Assembly (NCBI RefSeq): GCF_001194135.2
Contig: NC_068998.1
Span: 7,387,155-7,451,154 of the forward strand
DNA length: 64,000 nt
Direction: 5' to 3'
DNA from: Octopus bimaculoides
Lineage: Eukaryota
A model generated the notes under the pieces. The model was not told the DNA's origin, did no database searches, and saw only the letters and a list, made by a program, of their open reading frames with translations. Both the position numbers and the translations under genes were made by a program. Positions within the stretch are counted from its first letter, which is position 1; every line of letters starts with the position of its first letter. Positions 1 through 13,124 of this stretch are shown here, piece by piece.

Positions 1-119
1 TATGACTGGGGCCATGCTGGAGCACTGCCTGGGAGGGATATAGGTGAACAAATCAACCCCAATATTTATTTTTTAAGTCTAGTATCTATTCTATTGGTCT
101 CTTTGGATGAGCTGCTAAG

Positions 120-425
120 TTAACCCTTTAACCTTTAACCCTGCCATATCTTGCCCAAATAGTCTACCTTGTTTTGTGTTGAAACTGTCCAGATTTAAGC
201 CCTTCAAACATACTCTACAATGTCTTTCTGAAAACGGATAATCACATCTTCAAAACCTCGAAGCTACAAGATAATACATAATCAATTGAAAACAATATTA
301 ACAAAGAAGCATTACATCATCATTATCAACATTGTTCATTGCTCGCCTTTCATGCGGGCATGGGTTGGACAGTTCGACAGGAGCCGACAAAATATGACAG
401 AAGCAACAAAATGCTATAGGGTTAA
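120..425. mobile_element. TTAACCC...GGGTTAA MITE (piggyBac-like termini) with a family C SINE fragment inserted at about 316-395
   Basis: Begins ttaaccc and ends atgctatagggttaa. Body matches the copies at 7145-7374 and 10465-10810. The insert carries catg-gggcatgggttggacag, typical of family C. Confidence 0.7.
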
Positions 426-1451
426 TATTTCAGCTTCACTCTGCTGCTATTCGGTATTTGCTCCTTATTAATGTTTGCCTTGACTACCATGATATTAGAG
501 AACTTTTAAGTGCAACAGACTAAAGCTTCAACTTCAAATAAGCAAATAACCTCCATTACGTGTGTGAATACTTTCTTTTCACTAGTTTTTACACTAACCC
601 ACCCCATGTGTATGCACATATGTGTATATACAAGCATATATGTACGTACGTATGTATGTATGTATGTATGTATGTTCACACGTATGTACATATGTATGTA
701 TTTATGAATATAATTACTAAATATTTATTCACAAAATACCATGTATGAAAAAAACCTAAAATTTATTTTTTAATATTAGTAAAGCTTACTTTATCAGTAA
801 TGTACTGTACTTGTACATTATTGGCAAAGTAAATATTAACACATTTAGTTGTAGAATATCATATTATAGTGACACATCGCTAATATTCAATAAACAGCAA
901 CATCAGCAGAAAATATGTGCTAATTGCAATAAAGTTAACAGTACATTTCTTTCACCAATAACTATCTTAACCCATTATCTCTTTCAAGATATACACAATG
1001 TAGTGAACATTTTAAGTCAGAGTTTACTGAGATGTTGATTAAAGGTATAATCCTAAGAACCTATCAGACATTACACCTGTGGTTCCCAGCCTGGGATCCT
1101 TGGATCCCTCGTAGTTTGCAAAGGTAGTACTGGAGGTCTGTGAACTAAATTCAAATTTTAATATGGGCGCAGGAGTGGCTGTGTAGTAAGTAGCTTGCTT
1201 ACCAACTAGATGGTTCTCGGTTCAGTTTTCTCCATTTTCTGATTATTTGCATTGGTTCCTGATAAACTCTTCTTTATCCTGTTTGTTACTTGTACTCTAT
1301 GTGCATGGTGTACTTGCACACCAGTGCCAGTTGATAATATAGGTTACGGCTACTGACAGTATATATGGCTATTTCATCCCTTAGTTGGTTATCATAACTG
1401 CATAACCGCTAACTCTGTTTACACTATATATATATATATATAGTTATATGT

Positions 1452-1615
1452 ACTCTTTTACTTGCTTCAGTCATTTGACTGCGGCCTTGCTGGTACACCA
1501 CCTTTAGTTGAGCAAATCGACTCCAGGACTTATTCTTTGTAAGTCTAGCACTTATTCTATCGGGGATGCAAACACACCTTCATCGGTGTTGGGGGGGACA
1601 AACACAGACACACAA

Positions 1616-1647
<32 letters not shown>

Positions 1648-1810
1648 GACGGCCGTCTTTCAGTTTCTGTCGTACAAATCCACTCACAAGTCTTTGGTCG
1701 GCCCTAGGCTATAGTAGAAGACACTTGCCCAAAGTGCCACGCAGTGGCACTGAACCCAGAACCATGTGATTGGCAAGCAAGCTACTTACCACACACTACT
1801 CCTGCGCCTA
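1452..1810 (-). mobile_element. tRNA-derived SINE family A, near full length
   Basis: Reverse complement gives the ggcgcaggagt...ggttcagt head, a gggcaagtgtcttctactatagcc core, an internal (AT)n and the cagtcaaatgactgaagcaagtaaaagag tail shared with many copies here. Confidence 0.9.
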
Positions 1811-1889
1811 TATTATGTATATATANNNNNNNNNNNNNNNNNNNNNNNNNNNNNNNNNNNNNNNNNNNNNNNNNNNNNNNNNNNNNNNN

Positions 1890-1942
<53 letters not shown>

Positions 1943-2373
1943 GGTAGGTAGTCAGACACACACACACAACCAGACAGATACATACACACAGAGAGACAGA
2001 CACGCGCATATACAAAGAGAAAGCAACACATTTCAAGTAGCAAGTATCAAAATAATCAATAAAAGTGCCTGTCTGCTATGAGGAATTTCTGCTAAATCAA
2101 AGCACAAATGTGATTCGTTGTCTTTGCCACAAACAGAAAAAGAAAAATAGATGAGATTTATTTCATTTCAAAATCATGAGTAAAGGAAGAATGTATCTAT
2201 AAAATTACTTTTTTATTTTATATATTATATGACTCGCTCATTATCTCTCCTGATTGCTAATTCCTTATCAACAAGGTGACTTGATGAAATTTTAGCGTAA
2301 GAGTAACTGTGTATGTATAGATAAGTAAGTGTGTGAACATCTATAATTTGTATATTTTGTTTAATTACAACAG

Positions 2374-2418
2374 ACAAGCTAAATAGATTTACTAATGGAG
2401 GGAAGGAATCAAGAAAAC
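2374..2418 (+). CDS. Candidate internal exon (DKLNRFTNGGKESRK), uncharacterised plus-strand gene
   Basis: tttgtttaattacaacAG acceptor and GTAAGT donor; 45 nt; only phase 1 is open. Joins in frame to 3294. Confidence 0.45.
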
Positions 2419-2457
2419 GTAAGTAAAAGACTGAATATGTTTCCATGGTAGGTGTAT

Positions 2458-2626
<169 letters not shown>

Positions 2627-2934
2627 GTTCATGGAACAAATAGGGGCTGCAATAAGGGTGGAGCACTAGCAGAAAATAGCACTGCTTGGAACTGCTTGAA
2701 TACCCCGGAAGGTGCTCGAAAAATAAGGGGTGTTATCTTAGTTCCCTGGTAGTGAACAACTGACACTCTAGTATATCTCCAGCGTTAGAAGCTGTGCAAA
2801 GGCAATGATAATAATAATAATAACAATCTTTTGTAGTAAAGGCCGAAGGCCTGAGATTTGAGGGGAGGGGAGTAGTTGATTACATCGATGCCAGTGTTTC
2901 ACTACTACTTATTTTATCGAACCCAAAAGGACAA

Positions 2935-3108
2935 CCGATGCTGGTGTGTTTACATCCCTGTAATTTAGCGGTTCGGTAAAGAAGACCAATAGAATAAGTA
3001 CTAGGCTTACAAGGAATAAGTCCTGGGGTCGATTTGCTCGACTAAAGGCAGTGCTCCAGCATGGCCACAGTCAAAAGACTGAAACATGTAAAAGAGTAAA
3101 AGAGTAAG
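2935..3108 (+). mobile_element. SINE family A, 3' half
   Basis: caaccgatgctggtgtgtttacatc...gtcctggggtcgatttgctcgactaaagg...gtaaaagagtaaaagag. Confidence 0.9.
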
Positions 3109-3293
3109 CAATTTATTGTACATGAATTTTAACAGCAAAATCTGATAGGGACCCTGGCTGAGAACTGTACACACAAAATTCTGTGTACATATATATTCAC
3201 ATACATTTGCTATCTTGAAGACACAACTGTGTTTAAGTTTAGTTTTTTTTTATTAAATGCAATATTTCTTTCAAATGTAATGGATTTTCAAAG

Positions 3294-3407
3294 ATATTAT
3301 TTTAAAGCATATTTACCAAGATGCAATTCGAAATTCCCGCCACTTACATAGAGAAATAGCGATGAACAGTCTTCTATATACTATATTGGATACAGGATGC
3401 TCGTTTG
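3294..3407 (+). CDS. Candidate internal exon (HIILKHIYQDAIRNSRHLHREIAMNSLLYTILDTGCSF-G)
   Basis: AG at 3292-93 (alternative AG at 3306-07) and donor G|GTATGT at 3408. One open frame with protein-like composition; the other two frames hit stops. Confidence 0.6.
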
Positions 3408-3705
3408 GTATGTTGATTCTCTGTTTACTACTATTTTTCTTGACCATATTATACTGACAAGTAGAGGTTGTATAATACTACAATAACTACGAAATCATGA
3501 TCTATAATTTAGACTGTTTTTAAGGGGTTGGCTTAGAGAGTTGCATTTCCTCGCGTTGGGTAAAAATGTGCTTTTTATGGTAGTCTGACCTTAGAGTCTC
3601 TCATAGCGTGAGGCATTATTGTATAGTAATGCTCTTATATAAATATAAATATATATATAATATACACACATACCTATAAACATACATATACGCACACACA
3701 CACAC

Positions 3706-3742
<37 letters not shown>

Positions 3743-4172
3743 TAAATTGATGCATAAATACACATGCATGCAGGCACACAAACATGTCTATATTCATATA
3801 TGTTTGTGTGCATGTGTTCCAAGAAACAAGCTGAAGAAAACCACTACTAGATATTCATAATACAGACGATTTCAAATTTTCTCTATATCAGCAGCATATA
3901 TTATGATGTAAGCTTCAGATATTGAAATTCTGTCAAGTGATAAATAATAAATAATGAAATGAATGCATTCATTATATATAAATTCAAATTTAAACTACAA
4001 AGTATATTGTCGAAGGTTTAATAAAATAAATATTGGAAATTATATTTAGTCATTAATGTATAATGTTTGGATGGTAGGTATTGTAAATGAATAAATTCAA
4101 ATAAGCATAGTAATAAACGAGGACTGGGGTGCCTCGTTATATAGTATATATACAACCACAGATATAGCTTTC

Positions 4173-4212
<40 letters not shown>

Positions 4213-5039
4213 NNNNNNNNNNNNNNNNNNNNNNNNNNNNNNNNNNNNNNNNNNNNNNNNNNNNNNNNNNNNNNNNNNNNNNNNNNNNNNNNNNNNNNNN
4301 NNNNNNNNNNNNNNNNNNNNNNNNNNNNNNNNNNNNNNNNNNNNNNNNNNNNNNNNNNNNNNNNNNNNNNNNNNNNNNNNNNNNNNNNNNNNNNNNNNNN
4401 NNNNNNNNNNNNNNNNNNNNNNNNNNNNNNNNNNNNNNNNNNNNNNNNNNNNNNNNNNNNNNNNNNNNNNNNNNNNNNNNNNNNNNNNNNNNNNNNNNNN
4501 NNNNNNNNNNNNNNNNNNNNNNNNNNNNNNNNNNNNNNNNNNNNNNNNNNNNNNNNNNNNNNNNNNNNNNNNNNNNNNNNNNNNNNNNNNNNNNNNNNNN
4601 NNNNNNNNNNNNNNNNNNNNNNNNNNNNNNNNNNNNNNNNNNNNNNNNNNNNNNNNNNNNNNNNNNNNNNNNNNNNNNNNNNNNNNNNNNNNNNNNNNNN
4701 NNNNNNNNNNNNNNNNNNNNNNNNNNNNNNNNNNNNNNNNNNNNNNNNNNNNNNNNNNNNNNNNNNNNNNNNNNNNNNNNNNNNNNNNNNNNNNNNNNNN
4801 NNNNNNNNNNNNNNNNNNNNNNNNNNNNNNNNNNNNNNNNNNNNNNNNNNNNNNNNNNNNNNNNNNNNNNNNNNNNNNNNNNNNNNNNNNNNNNNNNNNN
4901 NNNNNNNNNNNNNNNNNNNNNNNNNNNNNNNNNNNNNNNNNNNNNNNNNNNNCCCCCCCCCCCGACAAATATGTGTAACACGTATATGCACACATACTAA
5001 TAAACTCAATAGCAATGAATAATATTACCTGAAATTATA

Positions 5040-6240
5040 AGAAGACTGGCTTATATACACTCCTACATAACTCCATACATATAGAAGTAAAAAAATATTA
5101 CCAATGAAATTAGAAGAAGCTAACAGAACAGAAACATAAGCCAAAAGGAAAGTATTTATCACACACAAAGATCAGAAACATTTTAACAGTAACCACAAAT
5201 GTAGACTTACAAACCTAAATAAAGAAGTGTATGTAATCAGTTAGAAAACAATTAGCAAAATAAACTATAATTTATAGAAGGCGACTAGCCTCCAGCAATA
5301 GAAAATAGTTAACTGGTCTGGCAACATTAGAGATAAGAATAAAAAGATTTCTCCCAATTTGAGACAATAAACTTTTGCCTTTACTTTTAGAAAATGCTAC
5401 AAATGAAAACCCTTGAGTTAGCAAGGAACTTCCCGCAAATGAGGTAACAGAAACATGGTAGAAAGAATTCACTTTTTGAGAAGGACTCCATCTATCATAC
5501 TTTGAAAATTAGATTAAGTTGATTCATTTGACATTAGCATGGGAGTATGGATGCATACAAAAGTATATAATTATGTGCTGTTGTAAGGTATATAATTAAT
5601 AAACTAAGGAAAAATTCATAAATATAAACTCTTGGTTAGATAAAAATGATGGACTATCAATATCTAAAGACAAAAATGGGTAGATTCAAAGACCTAATAC
5701 AGATGTTAAATAGCTTTGAATTAAAAGTAACTATCATGATCAATGATACCTGAATAAGTTACTAGAACATCTTCCCAAACTTAGAAGCTAATGCTTATAA
5801 ACCTTTTAGAAAGCCCAATAAAAAGTTAAATTACATATACAAATGTCCTTGCCACCTGCCAATGGTGCTTCAAAAACCTATAAATTCACTCTCTCTGTTG
5901 TTAAGGAAATATTTGATAAAGTTGCACCCTATTACAGAACAGCTGTAAAAGCTTGCTTTTTAACTATAAAAGACAAACACTTCCCCTTAAAGCACAGATA
6001 CAGAAAATTATTTAGATATAAGCCCTAAAACCACTTAGAGTGCAACAACCAGCTTTGAAGTCACATGCAATTGAAGATATCCAATAACATTCGCATTAAA
6101 TATGTCAAGAAGTGTGCCAGCCTTTTTATACATAGATATGTCCCTTACTGAGGTGCCAAATGGTTGAAATCATTGTCTTCATGGATCATCAACGAACAAA
6201 TGGAACTTAAGACATCTGTTTTCTTCTTTATTTCTCCCTT
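5040..6240 (+). mobile_element. Decayed Penelope-like element (PLE) reverse transcriptase region
   Basis: Frameshifted, stop-ridden translation keeps PLE RT motifs in the expected order: EVFITHKDQKHFNSNHKCRL, VNWSGNIRDKNK, FETINF, FDISMG, KNDGLSISKDKNG, YKPFRKPNKKLNYI, EIFDKVAPYYRTAVKA. The match is to recalled PLE consensus. Confidence 0.75.
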
Positions 6241-7144
6241 TCTACAATTGCTAGGTTATCATCAAATTTGACTGGCAAACCACACACACACATACATATT
6301 TATATATGTGTGTGTGTGTGTGTGTGAAGAGGAGGGGAAAAGAAAGATAAATATTTTGTTTGAATTTGAGGTGAAGAATTATTATTTACACATATATATT
6401 ATCTTCAGCTTGATTGCAATAATCACTTCCTCGGTGGTGGCAAACATACTCATTGAATACACTAAGAATATGTGTGTGTGTGATATTCTTGAGAAAATAT
6501 ACCCCCACCTTCCAGCATCTGACAATAGGGTAATTGAAGTCTCACAAATGGAAAACATTAGTATGAAGACACAGTTTGACTAATACAACTAGTTTTACAC
6601 GATTCTCCTCTACCATGGTTTTAGGCAAATGGTAGACGATATACTGAATACATCACTAAATTGTAAAGATTTTTACATCCCCTTGTATACAATGAAGCAT
6701 CTTTCATGGCAACTCCATAATGGTTTCTTTCCAGTATATACTCTTTCTTCCTTGAGCCACTCTATATTTGCATCAAATACCTCCAGCACTTGATATATTA
6801 TCCAACTAATAGATAATACATAGTTTCAGTAAGATCTCTGAGCAGTTGGTTTTGAAGTTCATAGAAGTTGTTACAAATATTTTATTGCTTCTATTTCCTC
6901 AAATATCCCTGGGCCTCTCTATCCTGTTTATATGGATTCAATTATAAACAGTATTTATTCCAAGGATATCAGTTTGTACATGTCATTTATAATTGATGGC
7001 TGGTACAGACAATAAGAGCCTCTCTGTGGTTGTTTACTTGCTAGAAATAGCAACCAATTCTTCAAATTCACACCGCTATCTTAAGAAAACTACAAATAAA
7101 AATAAAACATAGGATAGATATAAACTGATTGATTAAGTTCAGCA

Positions 7145-7374
7145 TTGACCTTTTAGCATTTAAAATGTCTATATCTGGCCAAGACCTTCTTGCTGTTTTA
7201 TGTTCAGACCAGCTATATCTGGACTCTCACACCTACCCTACAATGTCATTTTAAAAATAAACAATCACATCATCAAAATCTCAAAGTTAAGGGTTAATAC
7301 ATAATTAACTCAAAACAATTTGAATAAATAAGCATTACATTTGATCTAATAATCTGAATGTTGAAAGGTGTCAA
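7145..7374 (+). mobile_element. MITE of the TTAACCC family, decayed full-length copy
   Basis: ttgaccttttagcatt...ctgaatgttgaaaggtgtcaa ends; interior matches 120-315. Confidence 0.75.
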
Positions 7375-7865
7375 ACAAACCTACAAGTAGATCAACACCA
7401 CCAATATGGTTAGTGCTATTGTTTTATGTTGGTACACCTGCCTCAGTGTTTTGCTTAAGAAGAAATATGGCTTAGTACTTAGGGTATTGGACTCATGATT
7501 GTAAGATTGTGGTTTCTTTCAGTCTTCACAAACCAGTTCCAGTCATAAGATATTGGCTAGCACAGAGTTACAGAAGAAAATACTTGTCTGTGGTGCAGTG
7601 GAATGGAACTGAACCTAAGACTTAGATGGTTGAGAAATGAAATTTTTAACCACACAAGCACACACATGCCAGTAATTTTCTAAATTCACCATTCTGCTTG
7701 TTCTGCAAGTGTCTTTTTTATTTTTCAATTTACTTCATAAGCATTAGCAAGAATTACTGTTTCACTGATATCCATTTGTTATTTCATGCTGGCATTTAAT
7801 TAATTACTAAGTACTATCTCGTATAATGACTACACATTGCAATCAGACAGAGATTGATTAACTAA

Positions 7866-7875
7866 CTACACACAC

Positions 7876-7940
<65 letters not shown>

Positions 7941-7981
7941 CNNNNNNNNNNCACACACACACAAACACACACACACACACA
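7866..7981 (+). repeat. (CA)n microsatellite spanning a 10-N gap
   Basis: Direct observation. Confidence 0.95.
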
Positions 7982-9039
7982 AACATGACAATTATCCACT
8001 AATTGAGCTAATGAGAGAGCATCTCTTCAGACACCTGATTTGCTAGAAATAACAGTGAAATTTCCCTAAAATTACAACTTCAAAACGAAAGAGTACCAAA
8101 CAATCAAATTCTAGATATAAAAAGCTGGAATATTTGCTCAGGTCTACTGGTTTGGACGCTGACCTGTTGCTAAACAATACCTCCAAGAAAAAATGTCAGA
8201 TTTTATCTACTATATCTGAAAAAAAAAAAAAAAATGAAGGGGATGGTCATGTATAGAGCCTTTAATAATTAGTATTGCTTAATCGGAGCTGACCTGTGGT
8301 TTAACAACATTTACAAAGAATGTTAGGTTTTATATACTATATCTTAAAAAGAAAATGGGTGATCAAAGCCAGAGGTCTTATAGAATTTGAACTGATCTTT
8401 GGCTGAGCCACAACATTTACATTCCTAAACGATTTTTCATCTTTTGTTGTACAAAATTACTACCATTTATGTGACATTTTTACGTCCCTACATATTGATC
8501 TATAAAATGTCATATGTTTAACTCTTCTACGATTCTTATGGACATTAATTGATTAGTTTAAGTGTGTAGTATCTCTGCCTGTACAATATTTTGTCATTAA
8601 TCACTGATATTATATAAGAAAATTATATATACCTATATATATAGGTGTGTGTATGTTTGTGGTGCACAAGTTTATCATTATCAATTAAGATAATGCAATT
8701 TCTTAATGAGTATTATAAAAGTTGTAAAACTGAACTTGACAAGTTTCTCATTAATGGCTAAATTGCAACAATTTAATGGCATTTTTCTAGAGTTAATAAC
8801 ACACACACAATTTTGCGTTAATCACATACATCACACAAAGTCTATTGTATTAACTACATGTGTAGTTCATTGTATTATCTTTGCGCTATGTCTAAGGTTA
8901 ATCACTCTGATTTTCAGTTTAACCATTTTCTAGTAATAATACATTGGCCAGTATACTTCAATTAATTTGAAAAATAATTTAGAATTTAGAGGGGTTTTGG
9001 ACAAATAACTATTTTTCCTGAGGTGCCATATAGGGGGAT

Positions 9040-9475
9040 TGCAACTGGCACCCCTGCCAGCATCACGTAAAAAGCACCATTCAAGCATTAGGCCTCACAG
9101 AGGCAAGGTGGCTGATGCCGGTGGCACATGAAAAGCACCTTTCAAGTGTTGGACCTCACAGAAACAATGTTGAATGACCGAGACCTTTGGCATTACGCTG
9201 TGCTTGAGAAGAAGAACCATCAAGCCAAGTCAAAACGCAGTTGTGGCAGATACTGGTGTCCCACAAATGGCACCCATGCTGGTGGCACATAGAAGCACTC
9301 ATTACACTGTCGGGCTGGTTGACATTAGGAAGGGCATCCAGCAGTAGAGGCCATGCCAAATCAAACTGCAGTCTAGTGCAGCCTTCCAGCTTTCCTGCCC
9401 TGGTCAAACCGTCCAACCTATGCCAGCATGGACAACGGATGCTAAATGATAATGATGATGATGATGATGATGATG
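9040..9475 (+). mobile_element. SINE-like family C, ending in a (GAT)n tail
   Basis: ggcacatgaaaagcacc subrepeats, ttaggaagggcatccagc, ccaacctatgccagcatgga, then (gat)n. Confidence 0.85.
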
Positions 9476-9701
9476 ATATATTATGTATATGTATGTGTAT
9501 GTGCATGTGTGCGTGCGAGAGTGTGTGTGTGTGTGTATATGTATGGCAGACTTCTTTCAGACTCCATCTATTAAATCCACTCACAAGGCCTTGGTTGACC
9601 TGGGACTATAATGAGGTGCACAATAGGACCGAAAGTACGTGTGCTGCAGTGTTCAGGCAAATATGCACCCTCTCGAGATATGCACCAAAACACACACACA
9701 A

Positions 9702-9931
9702 GGCAGCGAGCTGGCAGAAACGTTAGCACGCCAGGCGAAATGCTTAGCGGTATTTCGTCTGCTGCTACATTCTGAGTTCAAATTCCGCCGAGGTCGACTT
9801 TGCCTTTCATCCTTTCGGGGTCGATTAAATAAGTACCAGTTACGCACTGGGGTTGATGTAATCGACTTAATCCGTTTTTCTGTCCTTGTTTGTCCCCTCT
9901 GTGTGTAGCCCCTTGTGGGTAGTAAAGAAAT
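9702..9931 (+). mobile_element. tRNA-derived SINE family B, full length
   Basis: ggcagcgagctggcagaaacgttagcac head, gagttcaaattcc B-box, and a gcctttcatcctttcggggtcgattaaataagtaccag domain resembling the Nin/Deu-type conserved SINE domain (recalled). Confidence 0.9.
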
Positions 9932-10464
9932 AACACACACACACACACACTTGAGTTTCCATTTATCGTTCCTGTCTCTAATTCAACTCCCAGCTTATTG
10001 ATTTGCCCGAGGAATAGAAATCCATGGACCAAGGCACAATACAGAAAGAGATGGAACACAAAACCAAGTGGTATGATAATGAACTCCATCGCCAAGCAAC
10101 CACACCAGCATTTATATCTCAAAATATTGAATTTTCAGAATAATCTAGTAATATCTGAGTAACGTGTTTATGGTCAACATTTCATATTTTTATGGACGGT
10201 CATAAAACAATTCATATAAAACATTTCATAATGTAATTAATGTTTACAAATGTAATGAACTTCAAATAATAGCATTACAGAGTAATTATTTCCTCTTGCT
10301 ATATAACAAAACACGACCAAATTTACAGTTTATAGATAAATATAGAATAGCATGCCTACCACAATGATTTTCATCTATTCACAAGAGCTAGTTAGCTGAT
10401 GATAAATCTATTACTGCTGCCCCACCTGGGACTGTCCTTGGTTCTGTGAAAGAAGTTTCCATTT

Positions 10465-10810
10465 TTAACCCTTTAGCATTCGTATTACTTTGTCAAATGT
10501 AATATGTGTTTATTCACCCGCCGAGATTGACTTTGTCTTTCATTCTTTTAGGGTCGATAAATTAAGTACCAGGTGTGTACTGGGGTTGATGTAATCGACT
10601 GGACCCTCCTTAAAAATTTCGGACCTTGTGCCTAGAGTTCAAAAGAATATGTTTATTCACATAGTTTCGAATTAACCGTGTATTAATTTGTAGCTTTGAG
10701 ATTTCGATGATGTGACTGTTTTAATTTTAGAAGGACATTGTAGGGTTGGTGTGAGAGGCTGAATTGGCTCTTTTGATCGTAGAACAAGTAGCATATTTGC
10801 CCCACCCATA
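10465..10810 (-). mobile_element. TTAACCC MITE, reverse orientation, with a 5'-truncated family B SINE nested at 10518-10650
   Basis: ttaaccctttagcatt terminus. The nested SINE is flanked by the direct repeat gtttattcac at 10508-10517 and 10651-10660 (TSD). Confidence 0.8.
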
Positions 10811-10848
10811 ATCTTAGCTCTCTGAAATTTGCCCATCCATAATCTTAC

Positions 10849-10913
10849 CTCTCTGGAATGTGACCAGCCATGTTTTACCTGCTCCTCACTAACTGTCCGT
10901 GCTTGTCCTGCGG
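10849..10913 (-). CDS. Candidate minus-strand exon (AGQARTVSEEQVKHGWSHSRE)
   Basis: ccatttaaacAG acceptor and GAG|GTAAGA donor; 65 nt, phase 1 to 0; locally GC-richer. Confidence 0.25.
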
Positions 10914-11073
10914 CTGTTTAAATGGAACATCAACCATGTTGATCTTACCCAGTCTGAAACGAACTGCAAAATCCAGGATACGAAGCGGCCCCTTCTACCA
11001 GGACAAATCATTACAAAAGAGGAATAAAATAATCCCCATTTCTCTCTCCCTCTCTCTCTCTATATATATATAT

Positions 11074-11463
11074 GGAGGTGCAATGGCCCAGTGGTTAGGG
11101 CAGCGGACTCGCGGTCATAGGATCGTTGTTTCGATTCCCAGACCGGGCGTTGTGAGTGTTTATTGAGCGAAAACACCTAAAGCTCCATGAGGCTCCAGCA
11201 GGGGATGGTGGCGAGCCCTGCTGTATTCTTCCACCACAACTTTCTCTCACTCTTTCTTCCTGTTTCTGTTGTGCCTGTAATTCAAAGGGTCAGCCTTGTC
11301 ACACTGTGTCACGCTGAATATCCCCGAGAACTATGTTAAGGGTACACGTGTCTGTGGAGTGCTCAGCCACTTGCACGTTAATTTCACGAGCAGGCTGTTC
11401 CGTTGATCGGACCAACTGGAACCCTCGATGTCATAAGCGACGGAGTGCCAACAACAACAACAA
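11074..11463 (+). mobile_element. tRNA-derived SINE family D, full length, (CAA)n tail
   Basis: ggaggtgcaatggcccagtggttagggcagcggactcgcggtcataggatcg...tttcgattccc head with A- and B-box-like motifs; related copies at 19950-20125 and 60547-60800. Confidence 0.9.
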
Positions 11464-11745
11464 CATATATATATATATATATACTGCAGTTATTAACTGA
11501 CAATCACTAACTAATAGAACATTTGTGACACCATTCAGCTGAAATTTATCCACTGATCAAGTTCGTTCATATTTATTCATTACAATAACAACATCAATAG
11601 CAACAAGTTAGAAACGGAATCTATTGTTTAAATCAAACTTACAGTAAAAATCAAATTTAATATGAAAATATCAGAGAAAATGAAACTCTTTAATGTTTGG
11701 TCCTAATCAAATGAATCATAAAACTGTTTGAACCGTTTTATCTAG

Positions 11746-11952
11746 CAATGGTAAAAATTTGTTTGAATTGGTTTATCCAGGAATGGTAAAAGAAAAATGT
11801 ATGAAAAAACATTTTTTTCCTAACATTTCTATTGAAGAAAACAAAACTAATAATAATTCAACAATAATGTCCCAGATCAAAGGAATCACAAATTCTACTA
11901 AACAGTGCAACATTTCACATTATGTTAAAATACAAACTGTATTCTTCAATTG
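11746..11952 (+). CDS. Candidate internal exon (SNGKNLFELVYPGMVKEKCMKKHFFPNISIEENKTNNNSTIMSQIKGITNSTKQCNISHYVKIQTVFFN-W/C)
   Basis: ccgttttatctAG acceptor and TG|GTGAGG donor; 207 nt, symmetric phase 2, open throughout (overlaps track ORF 11759..11956). Confidence 0.6.
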
Positions 11953-12275
11953 GTGAGGCATTTAAAATTTTATCATTGGGGAAGTTTTTGTTCAGATTTG
12001 TGTTTAAAAAAACAAAAAACGATAAGAAAAGAAAATTCAAATTCAATTTTTATCTTATTTCTATGTTTCTATTCTATACCTTATCATCATCATCATCATC
12101 ATCATCGTCATCATCGTTATTATTATTATTAGTATTATTGTCATCAATGTGAGAAGTGTGAAGGATTTTAAGGAAAATATGTGCTCTAATTGATTAGCAA
12201 TTATGCTGCAAGGAATACTTCAGAAAATTGAGGAGACAGTAACAAAATACTCAACAAACTGAACAAAAAAGTTTA

Positions 12276-12316
<41 letters not shown>

Positions 12317-13124
12317 CATTTGCTAAAATTGCATTCATTACTATCACTGTAAAAAAAAAATGCCAAAAAAAAAAATACACACAAGAAAGTTCTTGTTTTA
12401 TGACAAGTGGTTCACTGAAAGTAAGGATTTTGAATTAAAGCTAATCAAAAAGTAAAATAATGAATTTTTATTTTTCAAATAAAACCACTTTAGCAGTATT
12501 TGAATAGCTAACAGCAGAGATTTTGGACATTTGTATATTTTCCATTGCATTAGCTAATATTTAAATTTTTTAGAATTTATTTATTTATTTGTATTAGAAA
12601 CAATTGAAAACAACTCTAATATTTGATTTTAGGAGACAGAATTGTCTGGTAACTTTGTGAAATGTAATAAACAAGCTCTACAGAAAATTGAGTCATATGC
12701 TAATAATTCTTTGAAATGCTTCAAGCTTGCATTCAATTCTAACTTACAAGGTTTTGAGTGTATGACAAAAAAAAAAAAAAATTTAAATGATATACTGGTA
12801 CCGAAATTCTGTTATTAAAAAAAATTAGGAAACTTAGTTATAAATTATGAAACAGATTATGTGCAAAGATTATTTAAATAATGGAATCATACAGAAAAGG
12901 TTTCAAAGAGAAAAAGTTTCTTTTAATTCTGCCTTTTCAGCAACCATTTTGTATTTTCACAAGATTCATTTTATTGGTAACATTAGTGGATAATTTGTAA
13001 TGCAAAAATGTGGGGTTTGAAAATGCGAAGTACAAGGTGAATTACAGAGTACAGAGGCTTTCAGATTTTTTAAGAAGAGATATTTATTATTTACTAAATA
13101 GGATACTCTGGTTTCAATGCAGTT

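Noticed and set aside
120-140. ttaaccctttaacctttaaccc as a telomeric repeat
   Set aside because: Only about 3 imperfect units, not (TTAGGG)n, and it is the terminus of the TTAACCC MITE.
6400-7000. Possible decayed ORF on the minus strand (VLEVFDANIEWLKEERV...)
   Set aside because: No recognisable motif; cannot be assigned without a search.
9702-11170. tRNA genes at SINE heads (also 15260-15330, 52845-52900, 60547-60620)
   Set aside because: A/B-box-like motifs are present but there is no complete cloverleaf, and each continues into a SINE body.
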